Shown here piece after piece: positions 26,859 through 34,096 of a stretch of 64,000 nucleotides of DNA. The DNA comes from Polyangiales bacterium. Its GTDB lineage: Bacteria; Myxococcota_A; Polyangia; Polyangiales; JAWKRM01. The position numbers were made by a program, and so were the translations under genes. The stretch lies in assembly GCA_041389625.1 (NCBI GenBank), contig JAWKRM010000003.1, positions 101,636-165,635 on the forward strand, in the 5' to 3' direction. Each line of letters opens with the position of its first letter. The first letter of the stretch is position 1. Below the pieces are notes generated by a model. The model was not told the origin of the DNA. It saw only the letters and a program-made list of their open reading frames with translations, and made no database searches.

Positions 26859-27332
26859 TCAGTGCTCCCCCGCTTCGGCGGGGTACCCCGCGTCGAGCCA
26901 CGCGGGAAACCCACCCTCGAGTACGCGCACGTCGGGGAAGCCGGCCTCGGTCAGGATGCCCGCGAGGCGAACGGACCGCGCGCACTGTTCCGAGCTATCG
27001 CAGTAGGCGACCACCGTGGTCGCGCCACGGAGCGGTTCGAGCGCGCCATCCCGAACGACGCCACCCACCACGGGGGTGTGCACGCTTCCGGCCACATGGC
27101 CGCTTCGGTACTCCGCGCGGTCCCGCGCATCGACAAACACGACGCCGGCGGTGCCAAGGAGAGGACGCGCGTCCGCGGGCGAAACCCATGTGAGCGCGGC
27201 ACCCTCGGTGGGCCCCCCGCCACAGGCGCCCGCCTCCTCGGGCGCCGCGGGCACCGCCCCGAGAAGAAACGCGAGGAGTGCGCCGAGGAGCCCCACACCG
27301 ACCACCTGCGCGGCCTCCCCGAGGATTCGCAT
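26859..27332 (-). CDS. membrane-anchored rhodanese-domain sulfurtransferase
   Basis: An N-terminal TM segment (VVGVGLLGALLAFLLGAV) precedes a rhodanese fold: FVDARDRAEYRSGHVAGSVH .. active-site loop VAYCDSSEQCARS .. GGFPAW. Confidence 0.8.
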   Translation of the reverse strand: MRILGEAAQVVGVGLLGALLAFLLGAVPAAPEEAGACGGGPTEGAALTWVSPADARPLLGTAGVVFVDARDRAEYRSGHVAGSVHTPVVGGVVRDGALEPLRGATTVVAYCDSSEQCARSVRLAGILTEAGFPDVRVLEGGFPAWLDAGYPAEAGEH

Positions 27333-27397
27333 GCAATCCGTTTAGTGTGTTTTCGTCGTTTTGACAAAGGGCGCTGCTGTGCGATCCATCGCATCCC

Positions 27398-28324
27398 ATG
27401 CAAGGAATCGCGAATCGACGAAGCGCTCTTCCGGTGATGCTCCTCCTCATGCTCGGGGCGGGCTGCAACATGAACGCCTTCACGGCCAACACCACGGCCG
27501 GTGTGTTCGAAGAAGCGGCCCCCGCGTTCGACGAACACTGGGACTATGAGTTTGCCGGCAACGCCGCACCGGGGAACCTCATGCAGCTTGAGGGCTTCCT
27601 CCGGATCGTGCCGGACAACCAGACGCTTCTCCTCCAGCTAGCGAAGGGGTACGCCGGCTACACCTACGGCTGGATCGAAGACGAAATCGAGCGCGTCGAC
27701 CCGAGCGACTTTGAGGCCGACGAGCACCTCCATCAACGCGCGCGCCTCTTCTATCTGCGTGCCCGTGACCTCGGCTTCCGTTGGCTCGAGGAGGAGGCGG
27801 AGGGCGTAACGGCCATGCGTCGCAAGCCGCTCGCCGAGTTCACGAAATTTCTAAAGGAGCACTACGATTCGAAGGAAGACGCCCCCGGACTCTTCTGGGC
27901 CGGATACGCCTGGGGCTCCGCGATCAACGTCTCACGCGAAGACCCCGATCTCATCGCGGACCTCGGGTACGCGCGTGCACTCGTGGACCGCTCCGTGGAA
28001 CTCGACTCCGACTACATGTTTGCGAGCGGCACCGTGTTCCAGGCCGTCATCAAATCCGACTTCCCGGAGGCCCTCGGCGGCGACCCGGAGGGCGGCAAGG
28101 CACTCTTTGAAAAGGCCCTCGCCAAGACCGGCCGCAAGGTCCACCTCGTGCAGCTCAACTACGCACGAACGTACGCCGTCCAAAAGGGCGACAAGAAGCT
28201 CTTCCACGACCTGCTCATGGAGATCGTGGAGGCGGGCGACGTGTTCCCGCCGGCGCGGCTCATGAACAAGATTGCTCGCCGACGGGCGGCACGATACCTC
28301 GAAAACATTGATGAATATTTCTGA
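27398..28324 (+). CDS. TatT-type TPR lipoprotein (TRAP-transporter-associated)
   Basis: Lipobox LMLGAGC. The sequence is helical-repeat and ends ..RRRAARYLENIDEYF. It sits immediately upstream of DctP/Q/M-type genes, as in the TPAT class. There is no Shine-Dalgarno, and TTGACA lies at 27361-27366. Confidence 0.7.
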   Translation: MQGIANRRSALPVMLLLMLGAGCNMNAFTANTTAGVFEEAAPAFDEHWDYEFAGNAAPGNLMQLEGFLRIVPDNQTLLLQLAKGYAGYTYGWIEDEIERVDPSDFEADEHLHQRARLFYLRARDLGFRWLEEEAEGVTAMRRKPLAEFTKFLKEHYDSKEDAPGLFWAGYAWGSAINVSREDPDLIADLGYARALVDRSVELDSDYMFASGTVFQAVIKSDFPEALGGDPEGGKALFEKALAKTGRKVHLVQLNYARTYAVQKGDKKLFHDLLMEIVEAGDVFPPARLMNKIARRRAARYLENIDEYF

Positions 28325-28420
28325 AGTGCGCGGCCGGGCCCGCATTCGACGGTGCCCCGTTCGCGTGCTTGAATCCGCGGGCTGGCGCCACGTCGAAGGC
28401 GGCGCGCCGCACCCGCTTGG

Positions 28421-29455
28421 ATGGAGACACTGACGATGCGTTCGTACCTTCGCTCGATTGGATTTTTCGCGATCACCCTCACCATGGCGGTGGCCATCAC
28501 GGGTCTCTCGGCGTCTGGCGCCAAGGCCGACGATGTGCACACGCTTCGCATCGCGACCCTCGCACCCCGCGGTTCGGCATGGGACAAGGCCTTCCGCGCC
28601 TGGAAGAACACCCTCGAGAAGGAAACGAACGGCAAGCTCGTCCTCGAGTTCTACCCCGGTGGAGCCCAGGGCGACGAACGCGACTACATCCGCAAGATGA
28701 AGGCCGGTCAGCTCGACGGCGCTGCGGTCACGACGACGGGCCTCGGCCAGGTCGTCCGCCCCGTGCTCGTGCTCCAGCTGCCGGGCGTCTTCCGCTCCTA
28801 CGAGGCCATCGACAAGGTGCGCGACTCGCTCGATGAGGAGTTCCGCGGCGAGTTCGACAAGGCGGGCTTTGCGCTCATGGGTTGGGGCGACGTGGGCCGC
28901 GCGCGCCTCTTCTCGAACGCCTCCATTACCACGCCGACCGATTTCAAGACGGCGCACCCGTGGGCATGGCGTGACGACGTCATCTTCAGCGAGTTCCTGA
29001 AGGTGGTTGGCGCGAACAGTCAGCGTCTTGGTGTGAACGAAGTGCTGCCCGCACTTCAGACGGGGCGCGTGGACGCGTTCCCTTCCTCGGCGCTCGCGGC
29101 GGTTTCGCTCCAGTGGTACAACCACGCAAAATTCGTCACGAAGCAGTCCGACTCGATCCTCATCGGCGCCACCATCCTCCGGAAGGATGTTGTGGACGGT
29201 CTCCCGAAGGACCTGCGCGACAAGCTGTTCGAGACCTCCGCGCGAGCACACAAGATCCTCGCAAAGAGCATCCGTGATGCCGACGACAAGGCGTACCAGG
29301 CCATCCTCAAGCGTGGCGTGAAGGAAGTGGACATCTCCGGGCACGAGAAGGAGTGGGAGGCGGCCGCCAAGACGGTGCGCCAGAACCTCGCCGGCCGCCT
29401 CTATCCGAAGGAACTTCTCGATCGCGTCGAGAAGGTCGCCGCCTCGGCGAAGTAG
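28421..29455 (+). CDS. TRAP transporter solute-binding protein (DctP family)
   Basis: 344 aa with a signal peptide (..ITGLSASGAKA/DD). Typical DctP-family features are LRIATLAPRGS, EFYPGGAQGDE and GQLDGA. Confidence 0.8.
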   Translation: METLTMRSYLRSIGFFAITLTMAVAITGLSASGAKADDVHTLRIATLAPRGSAWDKAFRAWKNTLEKETNGKLVLEFYPGGAQGDERDYIRKMKAGQLDGAAVTTTGLGQVVRPVLVLQLPGVFRSYEAIDKVRDSLDEEFRGEFDKAGFALMGWGDVGRARLFSNASITTPTDFKTAHPWAWRDDVIFSEFLKVVGANSQRLGVNEVLPALQTGRVDAFPSSALAAVSLQWYNHAKFVTKQSDSILIGATILRKDVVDGLPKDLRDKLFETSARAHKILAKSIRDADDKAYQAILKRGVKEVDISGHEKEWEAAAKTVRQNLAGRLYPKELLDRVEKVAASAK

Positions 29456-29532
29456 TCCAAAAAGGTCGGTCCCACCCCCTTCGACCAGGCGCAAAATTGC
29501 GCTAAGACCGGTCGGTCAGGTCGCTCTTGGGG

Positions 29533-29557
29533 GCGCCGCACCCACCGTGTGCGGCGC
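29533..29557 (+). promoter_or_regulatory. GC-rich intercistronic stem-loop covering the annotated dctQ-like start codon
   Basis: GCGCCGCAC (29533-29541) pairs perfectly with GTGCGGCGC (29549-29557) across a 7-nt loop, giving 9 bp. The 3' arm begins with the GTG at 29549. No U-tract follows. Confidence 0.55.
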
Positions 29558-30256
29558 GTGAAGGATCACGCGTTGGGAAAATTCCTCCGTCGCCTCGATG
29601 AAGGCATCGCCCGTGGAGAAGCTGCGATTTCGGGCGCAGTGCTCCTCAGCATGATCGTCCTCGCGTTCACGCAGGCGGTCTTGTCAAACCTTGCGCACGG
29701 CGGCACCGAGTGGGCGAATGTCTGGCTCGAGAAGCTCTCGTGGGTCGACTCCGTGCTCCAAAAGGGGACACTCTGGCTCGCGTTCCTCGGGGCGTCGCTC
29801 GCCACGCAGGCGGACAAGCACATCGCCATCGACGCGCTTCAGCGCGTGGTGCCAAAGCGGGTCGAGCGAGTGATGAAGTCGGTCGTCAGCCTTGCGGCGG
29901 GCGTCACGTCGTTGGCCCTCGCCGTTGTGTTCTTTGACGCGGTGCTCATCGCCGGTTCCGAGCGACCCATCGAGTATGAAGTGATGTTCCGGGACGGTGT
30001 CGCGCATATCTGCGACGTTCCGCTCTACGTGGTGGACGACGCCGGGCTTACGCGCCCCGAGTTTTTCTGCGGGCTTCGGGCCGGGTTCACCGCGCTCGGC
30101 GCACCGGTGGAGACGCCGGATGCCATGCTCCAGCTCATCGTCCCGGTGATGTTCGTCGTGATCGGGGTGCGCCTCCTCGCCCGCGCCATCACCTCGGCGA
30201 TGAACGCCCTCGATCGGGACGCGGGCGCCGGGAAACCCCGTGCGGAGGCGGCATGA
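29549..30256 (+). CDS. TRAP transporter small permease (DctQ family)
   Basis: Start is GTG 29549 or GTG 29558. There are four hydrophobic segments. The stop overlaps the next start (ATGA at 30253-30256). Confidence 0.75.
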   Translation: MRRVKDHALGKFLRRLDEGIARGEAAISGAVLLSMIVLAFTQAVLSNLAHGGTEWANVWLEKLSWVDSVLQKGTLWLAFLGASLATQADKHIAIDALQRVVPKRVERVMKSVVSLAAGVTSLALAVVFFDAVLIAGSERPIEYEVMFRDGVAHICDVPLYVVDDAGLTRPEFFCGLRAGFTALGAPVETPDAMLQLIVPVMFVVIGVRLLARAITSAMNALDRDAGAGKPRAEAA

Positions 30257-31803
30257 GCCCGCTCCTCATCGTCGCGTTGCTCCTCTTCGCTGTGCTCGGT
30301 GCGCCGCTCTTTGCGGTTTTCGGGGCCGCGTCCATGTCGCTCTTTGCGGGCCTCGAGGACACGTCCGTCACGGGCGCCGCGCACGACGTCTTCAGCGAAA
30401 AGTTCGCCGACTCGCCCCTGATGGTGACGATCCCGCTCTTCATCTTCGCGGGCTACATGCTCGCAGAGAGCGGCACTCCGCGGCGCATCGTGGAGCTCTC
30501 CCGCGCGTGGCTCGGGTGGATGCCCGGGGGCCTTGCCATCGTGTGCATCGGCGCCTCGGCATTTTTCACGACGTTCACCGGTGGCAGCGGCATCACCATC
30601 GTCGCCATCGGCGGGCTGCTCTTGCCGGCGCTCCTCAAGAACGGTTACCCGGAGAAGTTTTCGCTCGGCCTCGTGACCACGGGCGGAGCGCTCGGCATCA
30701 CGTTCTTCCCGTGCTTGCCGCTCATCGTCTACGGCATCGTCGCCGGCCTCCAGGAGACGCCGCCGGGCGTCGAGAAGCTCCAGCTCGACAAGCTGATCCT
30801 CGCCGGAATCATGCCCGGCCTGCTGATCATCGGGCTCCTCGTTCTCTATTCGATGGTGTTCGGCATCACGCACAAGCTCCCCCGGTCGTCCTTCGACCGG
30901 AAGGAGGCCTTCTCGGCGCTCTGGGAAGCCAAGTGGGAGCTACTCCTGCCGTTCATCATCGCGCCCGCGTTCGCGCGCTTCGGCCCGGTTCCGGCGGCGG
31001 CGCTCACGGCGCTCTACGTGCTCGTGTTCGAGGTTTTCTTCACGAAGGACCTCTCGCTCACGAGGGACCTCCCGCGCGTGGCGCCGGACTCCATGGTCCT
31101 CGTGGGGGCCATCTTCGTGAAGCTCTGCGCCGCCACGGTGCTCACGTTCTACTTCGTTGACGCGCAGGTCGCCGACCGCATCTTTGAGACACTCACGTGC
31201 GGCCCAGAGGCGCAGGCGTACCTTGCCGCCCATTCGGATGCGATTGGCACGTGCCGTGAAGCCGTGGATGCCCTCGCGCGCGAAGGGAAGAGCGCCGGTG
31301 GGCTCATCGATTCATCGCTGACGTTCCTCCTCGCGCTCAACGTGTTCCTGCTGGTGGTCGGGATGTTGATGGACATCTTCTCGGCCATCGTCGTCATCGT
31401 GCCCCTCATCATGGGCATCGCGCTCCACTTCAACATCAACCCGTACCACCTCGGGGTGGTGTTCCTCATCAACCTGGAAATCGGCTACCTGATGCCGCCC
31501 ATGGGGCTGAACCTGTTCATCGCGGGGTTCCGCTTCAATCGGCCCGTGCCCGACCTTTACCGGGTTGTGCTCCCGTTCATCGGCATTTTCGGAACGGCGC
31601 TCCTGATCACCACGTACGTTCCGAGCCTCACACTCGCGTTGTTGCCCGAGAGCAAGCCGGCGGCGGTGGCGCCGGTGACCGGCGTCGGCGACGCGGCCCC
31701 GGGAGAGGCGCCCGCACTCGGCGGGACGGCCGACGACTGCGCCGAGCCTCGACCCGACGAATCGTTCGACGATTTCTCGAAGCGTTGCGACTTCGGCGAG
31801 TAG
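30253..31803 (+). CDS. TRAP transporter large permease (DctM family)
   Basis: 516 aa and polytopic, with typical DctM segments (PLFIFAGYML, FTTFTGGSGITIVAIGGLL, MPPMGLNLF). Confidence 0.85.
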   Translation: MSPLLIVALLLFAVLGAPLFAVFGAASMSLFAGLEDTSVTGAAHDVFSEKFADSPLMVTIPLFIFAGYMLAESGTPRRIVELSRAWLGWMPGGLAIVCIGASAFFTTFTGGSGITIVAIGGLLLPALLKNGYPEKFSLGLVTTGGALGITFFPCLPLIVYGIVAGLQETPPGVEKLQLDKLILAGIMPGLLIIGLLVLYSMVFGITHKLPRSSFDRKEAFSALWEAKWELLLPFIIAPAFARFGPVPAAALTALYVLVFEVFFTKDLSLTRDLPRVAPDSMVLVGAIFVKLCAATVLTFYFVDAQVADRIFETLTCGPEAQAYLAAHSDAIGTCREAVDALAREGKSAGGLIDSSLTFLLALNVFLLVVGMLMDIFSAIVVIVPLIMGIALHFNINPYHLGVVFLINLEIGYLMPPMGLNLFIAGFRFNRPVPDLYRVVLPFIGIFGTALLITTYVPSLTLALLPESKPAAVAPVTGVGDAAPGEAPALGGTADDCAEPRPDESFDDFSKRCDFGE

Positions 31804-31835
31804 ACGCGCGGACGTCGTCGATCGACGCTGCGTAC

Positions 31836-32288
31836 CTACGGCTTCGCGCGACGGCGTGTGGTCGCGCCTTCGACGCGGAGTCCGAGCATTCGCCACGCGC
31901 GCGGGTCGAGTTGGTATGCCGACTGCGTTCGCTCCACGACGGTGCGGAGGCGCGGGTCGTCGGGCAGCTTGCGCGGTTTGATCCCGTGTTCGCGCAGGCT
32001 TGACGGCGTTTCGCCCAGGCGAAGGAGTTCATCGATGTGCGTGACGAAATCGATGGGCTTGAGGGGCTGACCACGACGCCCTTCGCGCGCCTCCTTGAGG
32101 AGGCGCTTCCTGCGCCGCTCGGTGCGTCCGTCGTGCTGCGGTCCGCCGCCGAGGGATTCGACGAGGGTGTTGAGCGCGCGGGCCGCCCTGCGTTTCTCCA
32201 CCGCCTCCCGACTGCCTCGTCCCTTGCCCGCCACGCTGCCCCCGCTGCTCGCCCCCGAATGGGAGCCGCGGAGCATACCAAAAGGCAT
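31836..32288 (-). CDS. hypothetical basic protein
   Basis: 150-aa ORF with a protein-like C-terminal half (..KPIDFVTHIDELLRLGETPSSLREHGIKPRKLPDDPRLRTVVERTQSAYQLDPRAW..). Competing ORFs on both strands are Arg/Ser-rich shadows. Confidence 0.5.
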   Translation of the reverse strand: MPFGMLRGSHSGASSGGSVAGKGRGSREAVEKRRAARALNTLVESLGGGPQHDGRTERRRKRLLKEAREGRRGQPLKPIDFVTHIDELLRLGETPSSLREHGIKPRKLPDDPRLRTVVERTQSAYQLDPRAWRMLGLRVEGATTRRRAKP

Positions 32289-32384
32289 GGGGCGATCCGC
32301 GCGAAAAACCCGAGAATTCCCCCGCTTCGAGATCGCGCTTTGGCGCCTGGCCAGGTGGCCCGCCCGGTGTCATTCTTCCGCGCC

Positions 32385-33233
32385 ATGACTTCCACGCAGC
32401 GCGAAATCGAGGTCTCGTACGACGTCTCGAACGAGTTCTTTAACCTCTGGCTCGACGAGGGCATGCACTACACGAGTGCGAGCTTCTTCTCCGGCAAGGA
32501 GAGCCTCGAGCAGGCCCAGATTCAGAAGTGCAAGATTCTCTACGAGTACGCCGAGATGGCGCCGGAGAAGCTCGTGCTCGACATCGGCTGCGGCTGGGGT
32601 TCGAACCTCGAGTACCTCGTGAGCCGCGGCACGAAGCGCGCCCACGGCATCACGCTCTCGACCGAGCAGGCCAACTGGGTCCACTCGCGCAAGCTCCCCG
32701 GCGTCGACGTCCTCGTCTGCGACTACAAGGACTACGAGCCGAAGGAAAAGTACGACGCGCTCATTTCGATCGAGATGATCGACCACCTCTGCTCGCCCGC
32801 GCAGGCGAACCAGGGCCTCGCCATCGACATCTACCGCGAGTACTTCCGGAAGACGTCGACCTGGGTGAAGCCGGGCTCGTGCTTCGGCTTCCAGGCGATT
32901 CTTCGAAACCGCGTGCCGCGGAACCGGAAGGACCTCGAAGACCTCGCCTTCACCGCCGACGTCATCTTCCCGGGCGGCCTGAACCCGCGCCTCGAAGAGC
33001 TCGTCGCCGCCGTGAATCCCTATTGGGAGGTGCTCGAGCTTCGGACGCAGCGCGAGGCCTACGGCAAGACCACCGGCGAGTGGCTCCGCAAGCTCCAGAT
33101 GCACGAGAAGACCATCCGCGAGAAGTGGGGCGACACCGTGTACGACGACTACGTCCGCTACCTCTCCACCTGCGTGCGCGCCTTCGAGATGCACTACTCG
33201 AGCGACGTGCAGATGAAGCTGCGGAAGATCTAG
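32385..33233 (+). CDS. cyclopropane-fatty-acyl-phospholipid-synthase-like SAM methyltransferase
   Basis: ATG at 32385 gives the CMAS-family N-terminus (VSYDVSNEFFNLWLDEGMHYTSA). SAM motif I is VLDIGCGWGS, and the typical ..ISIEMIDH.. is present. The upstream part of ORF 32037.. is antisense to 31836..32288. Confidence 0.85.
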   Translation: MTSTQREIEVSYDVSNEFFNLWLDEGMHYTSASFFSGKESLEQAQIQKCKILYEYAEMAPEKLVLDIGCGWGSNLEYLVSRGTKRAHGITLSTEQANWVHSRKLPGVDVLVCDYKDYEPKEKYDALISIEMIDHLCSPAQANQGLAIDIYREYFRKTSTWVKPGSCFGFQAILRNRVPRNRKDLEDLAFTADVIFPGGLNPRLEELVAAVNPYWEVLELRTQREAYGKTTGEWLRKLQMHEKTIREKWGDTVYDDYVRYLSTCVRAFEMHYSSDVQMKLRKI

Positions 33234-33254
33234 GCAGCGCGAAACCCGGGAGCC

Positions 33255-33546
33255 AAAGCTGAGCTTTCGGGAAGCGGTCACCGGGACCGAATCTGAAAGC
33301 TGAGCTTTCGAGGGGCGGTCATCGGGACCAAATCTGAAAGCTGAGCTTTCGACAGGCGTTCACCGGGAACCGATTTCCAAGGCTGGGCTTTCCGCATCGG
33401 TTCACGGAGACCCGCGCACCAAAGCTGAGCTTTCCGCGGCGGTTCACGGGGAACCGCGGATGAAAGCTCAGCTTTCGGACGCCGTTGCGGAAGACCCGCG
33501 CATCAAAGCCAGGCTCTCGCCCGTCATCCCAGCCACCTCACGCACG
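33255..33546. repeat. tandem array U: seven 41-42-bp units, each with two short dyads
   Basis: Units start at 33255, 33296, 33337, 33379, 33421, 33463 and 33505. Each opens with (G)AAAGCT-N-AGCTTT(C), followed by CGGT(T)C-N5-G(A)ACCG. Confidence 0.9.
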
Positions 33547-33606
33547 CTCCCCAGCTCAAATTTTTCAATCACTCCGGCCCCCGCCGCAGCCACAAACCCT
33601 CATCCA

Positions 33607-33816
33607 GAGCACCCGGAGTGCCCCAAACCAAGCCCGGAGTTCAAAACCGAGCACCCGGAGTGCGCGAAACCAAGCCCGCAGTTCAACTCCGGGCACTCCG
33701 AGTGCCCCGGATGAAGTCCCAGGTTCAAACCTGGGCACCCCGAGTGCTCCAAGCCGAGCATCGAGCTCAACCCCGGGCACTCCGAGTGCCCCGTGGCGAA
33801 CGTTCAGTTCAACCGA
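33607..33816. repeat. tandem array V: five exact 42-bp units, each with a 17-bp dyad
   Basis: Units start at 33607, 33649, 33691, 33733 and 33775. The dyad is GGGCACTC-C-GAGTGCCC, perfect in units 3 and 5. A downstream (C)AGTTCAA(A/C)C box follows. Confidence 0.9.
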
Positions 33817-33873
33817 GAAGCCAGTCCGCTCGTCGAGCTAAGTGGGAACAGTCGGCCGCCGCGCGAGAAAGAG

Positions 33874-33932
33874 GGGGACACGAGACTCAATTCTCGACGC
33901 TCCGAAATAGGTCTCGTTTCCCCTTGTTTTCG
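33874..33932 (+). terminator. intrinsic-terminator-like hairpin with a T-rich tail
   Basis: GGGGACACGAGAC (33874-33886) pairs with GTCTCGTTTCCCC (33911-33923) at 12 of 13 positions. The loop is 24 nt, unusually large. The tail is TTGTTTT. Confidence 0.45.
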
Positions 33933-34096
33933 CGCCGTACTAGCCACCGCGTCGCGAGAGTCTTCGTACCGGTGGACGCTCGAGCGGCGGCGTGCGCGCC
34001 GCCCACCGACTGCGGGCTCCGTAGGGGCATTCGGTGGTGGCGCAGCGGCCCCCGGCTTGCGGGCGGGTTTTGCGGAGCGGTACACTGCGACGAACG

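Noticed and set aside
27361-27389. Calling TTGACA-N17-ATCCAT a firm sigma-70 promoter feature.
   Set aside because: The -35 is perfect but the -10 is poor. It is kept only as a hypothesis in the TRAP finding.
32600-32620. GGGGTTCGAACCTCG resembling a tRNA T-loop.
   Set aside because: It lies inside the methyltransferase coding frame (..GWGSNLEY..). The flanking stems do not pair and no cloverleaf can be drawn.
33691-33760. tRNA-like T-arm (CCCAGGTTCAAACCTGGG) suggesting a tRNA or tRNA fragment.
   Set aside because: The loop is 6 or 8 nt rather than 7. No acceptor stem or CCA sits at the right distance, and no D or anticodon arms can be drawn. The motif recurs as part of the 42-bp repeat.
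33255-33816. Possible CRISPR array.
   Set aside because: The whole 41-42-bp unit is conserved, including the part that would be a spacer. The units degenerate gradually, two different unit families abut, and no cas genes are in the window.
33460-33841. ORFs 33460..33714 and 33485..33841, and the start of 33618..34295, as genes for 14-aa-repeat peptides.
   Set aside because: All three frames are open across the exact 42-bp units, one frame is stopped by a TGA in unit 3, and there is no ribosome-binding site. The translations are Ser/Pro/Arg-rich, and the upstream U units of 41 bp break the frames. I cannot fully exclude coding without peptide data.
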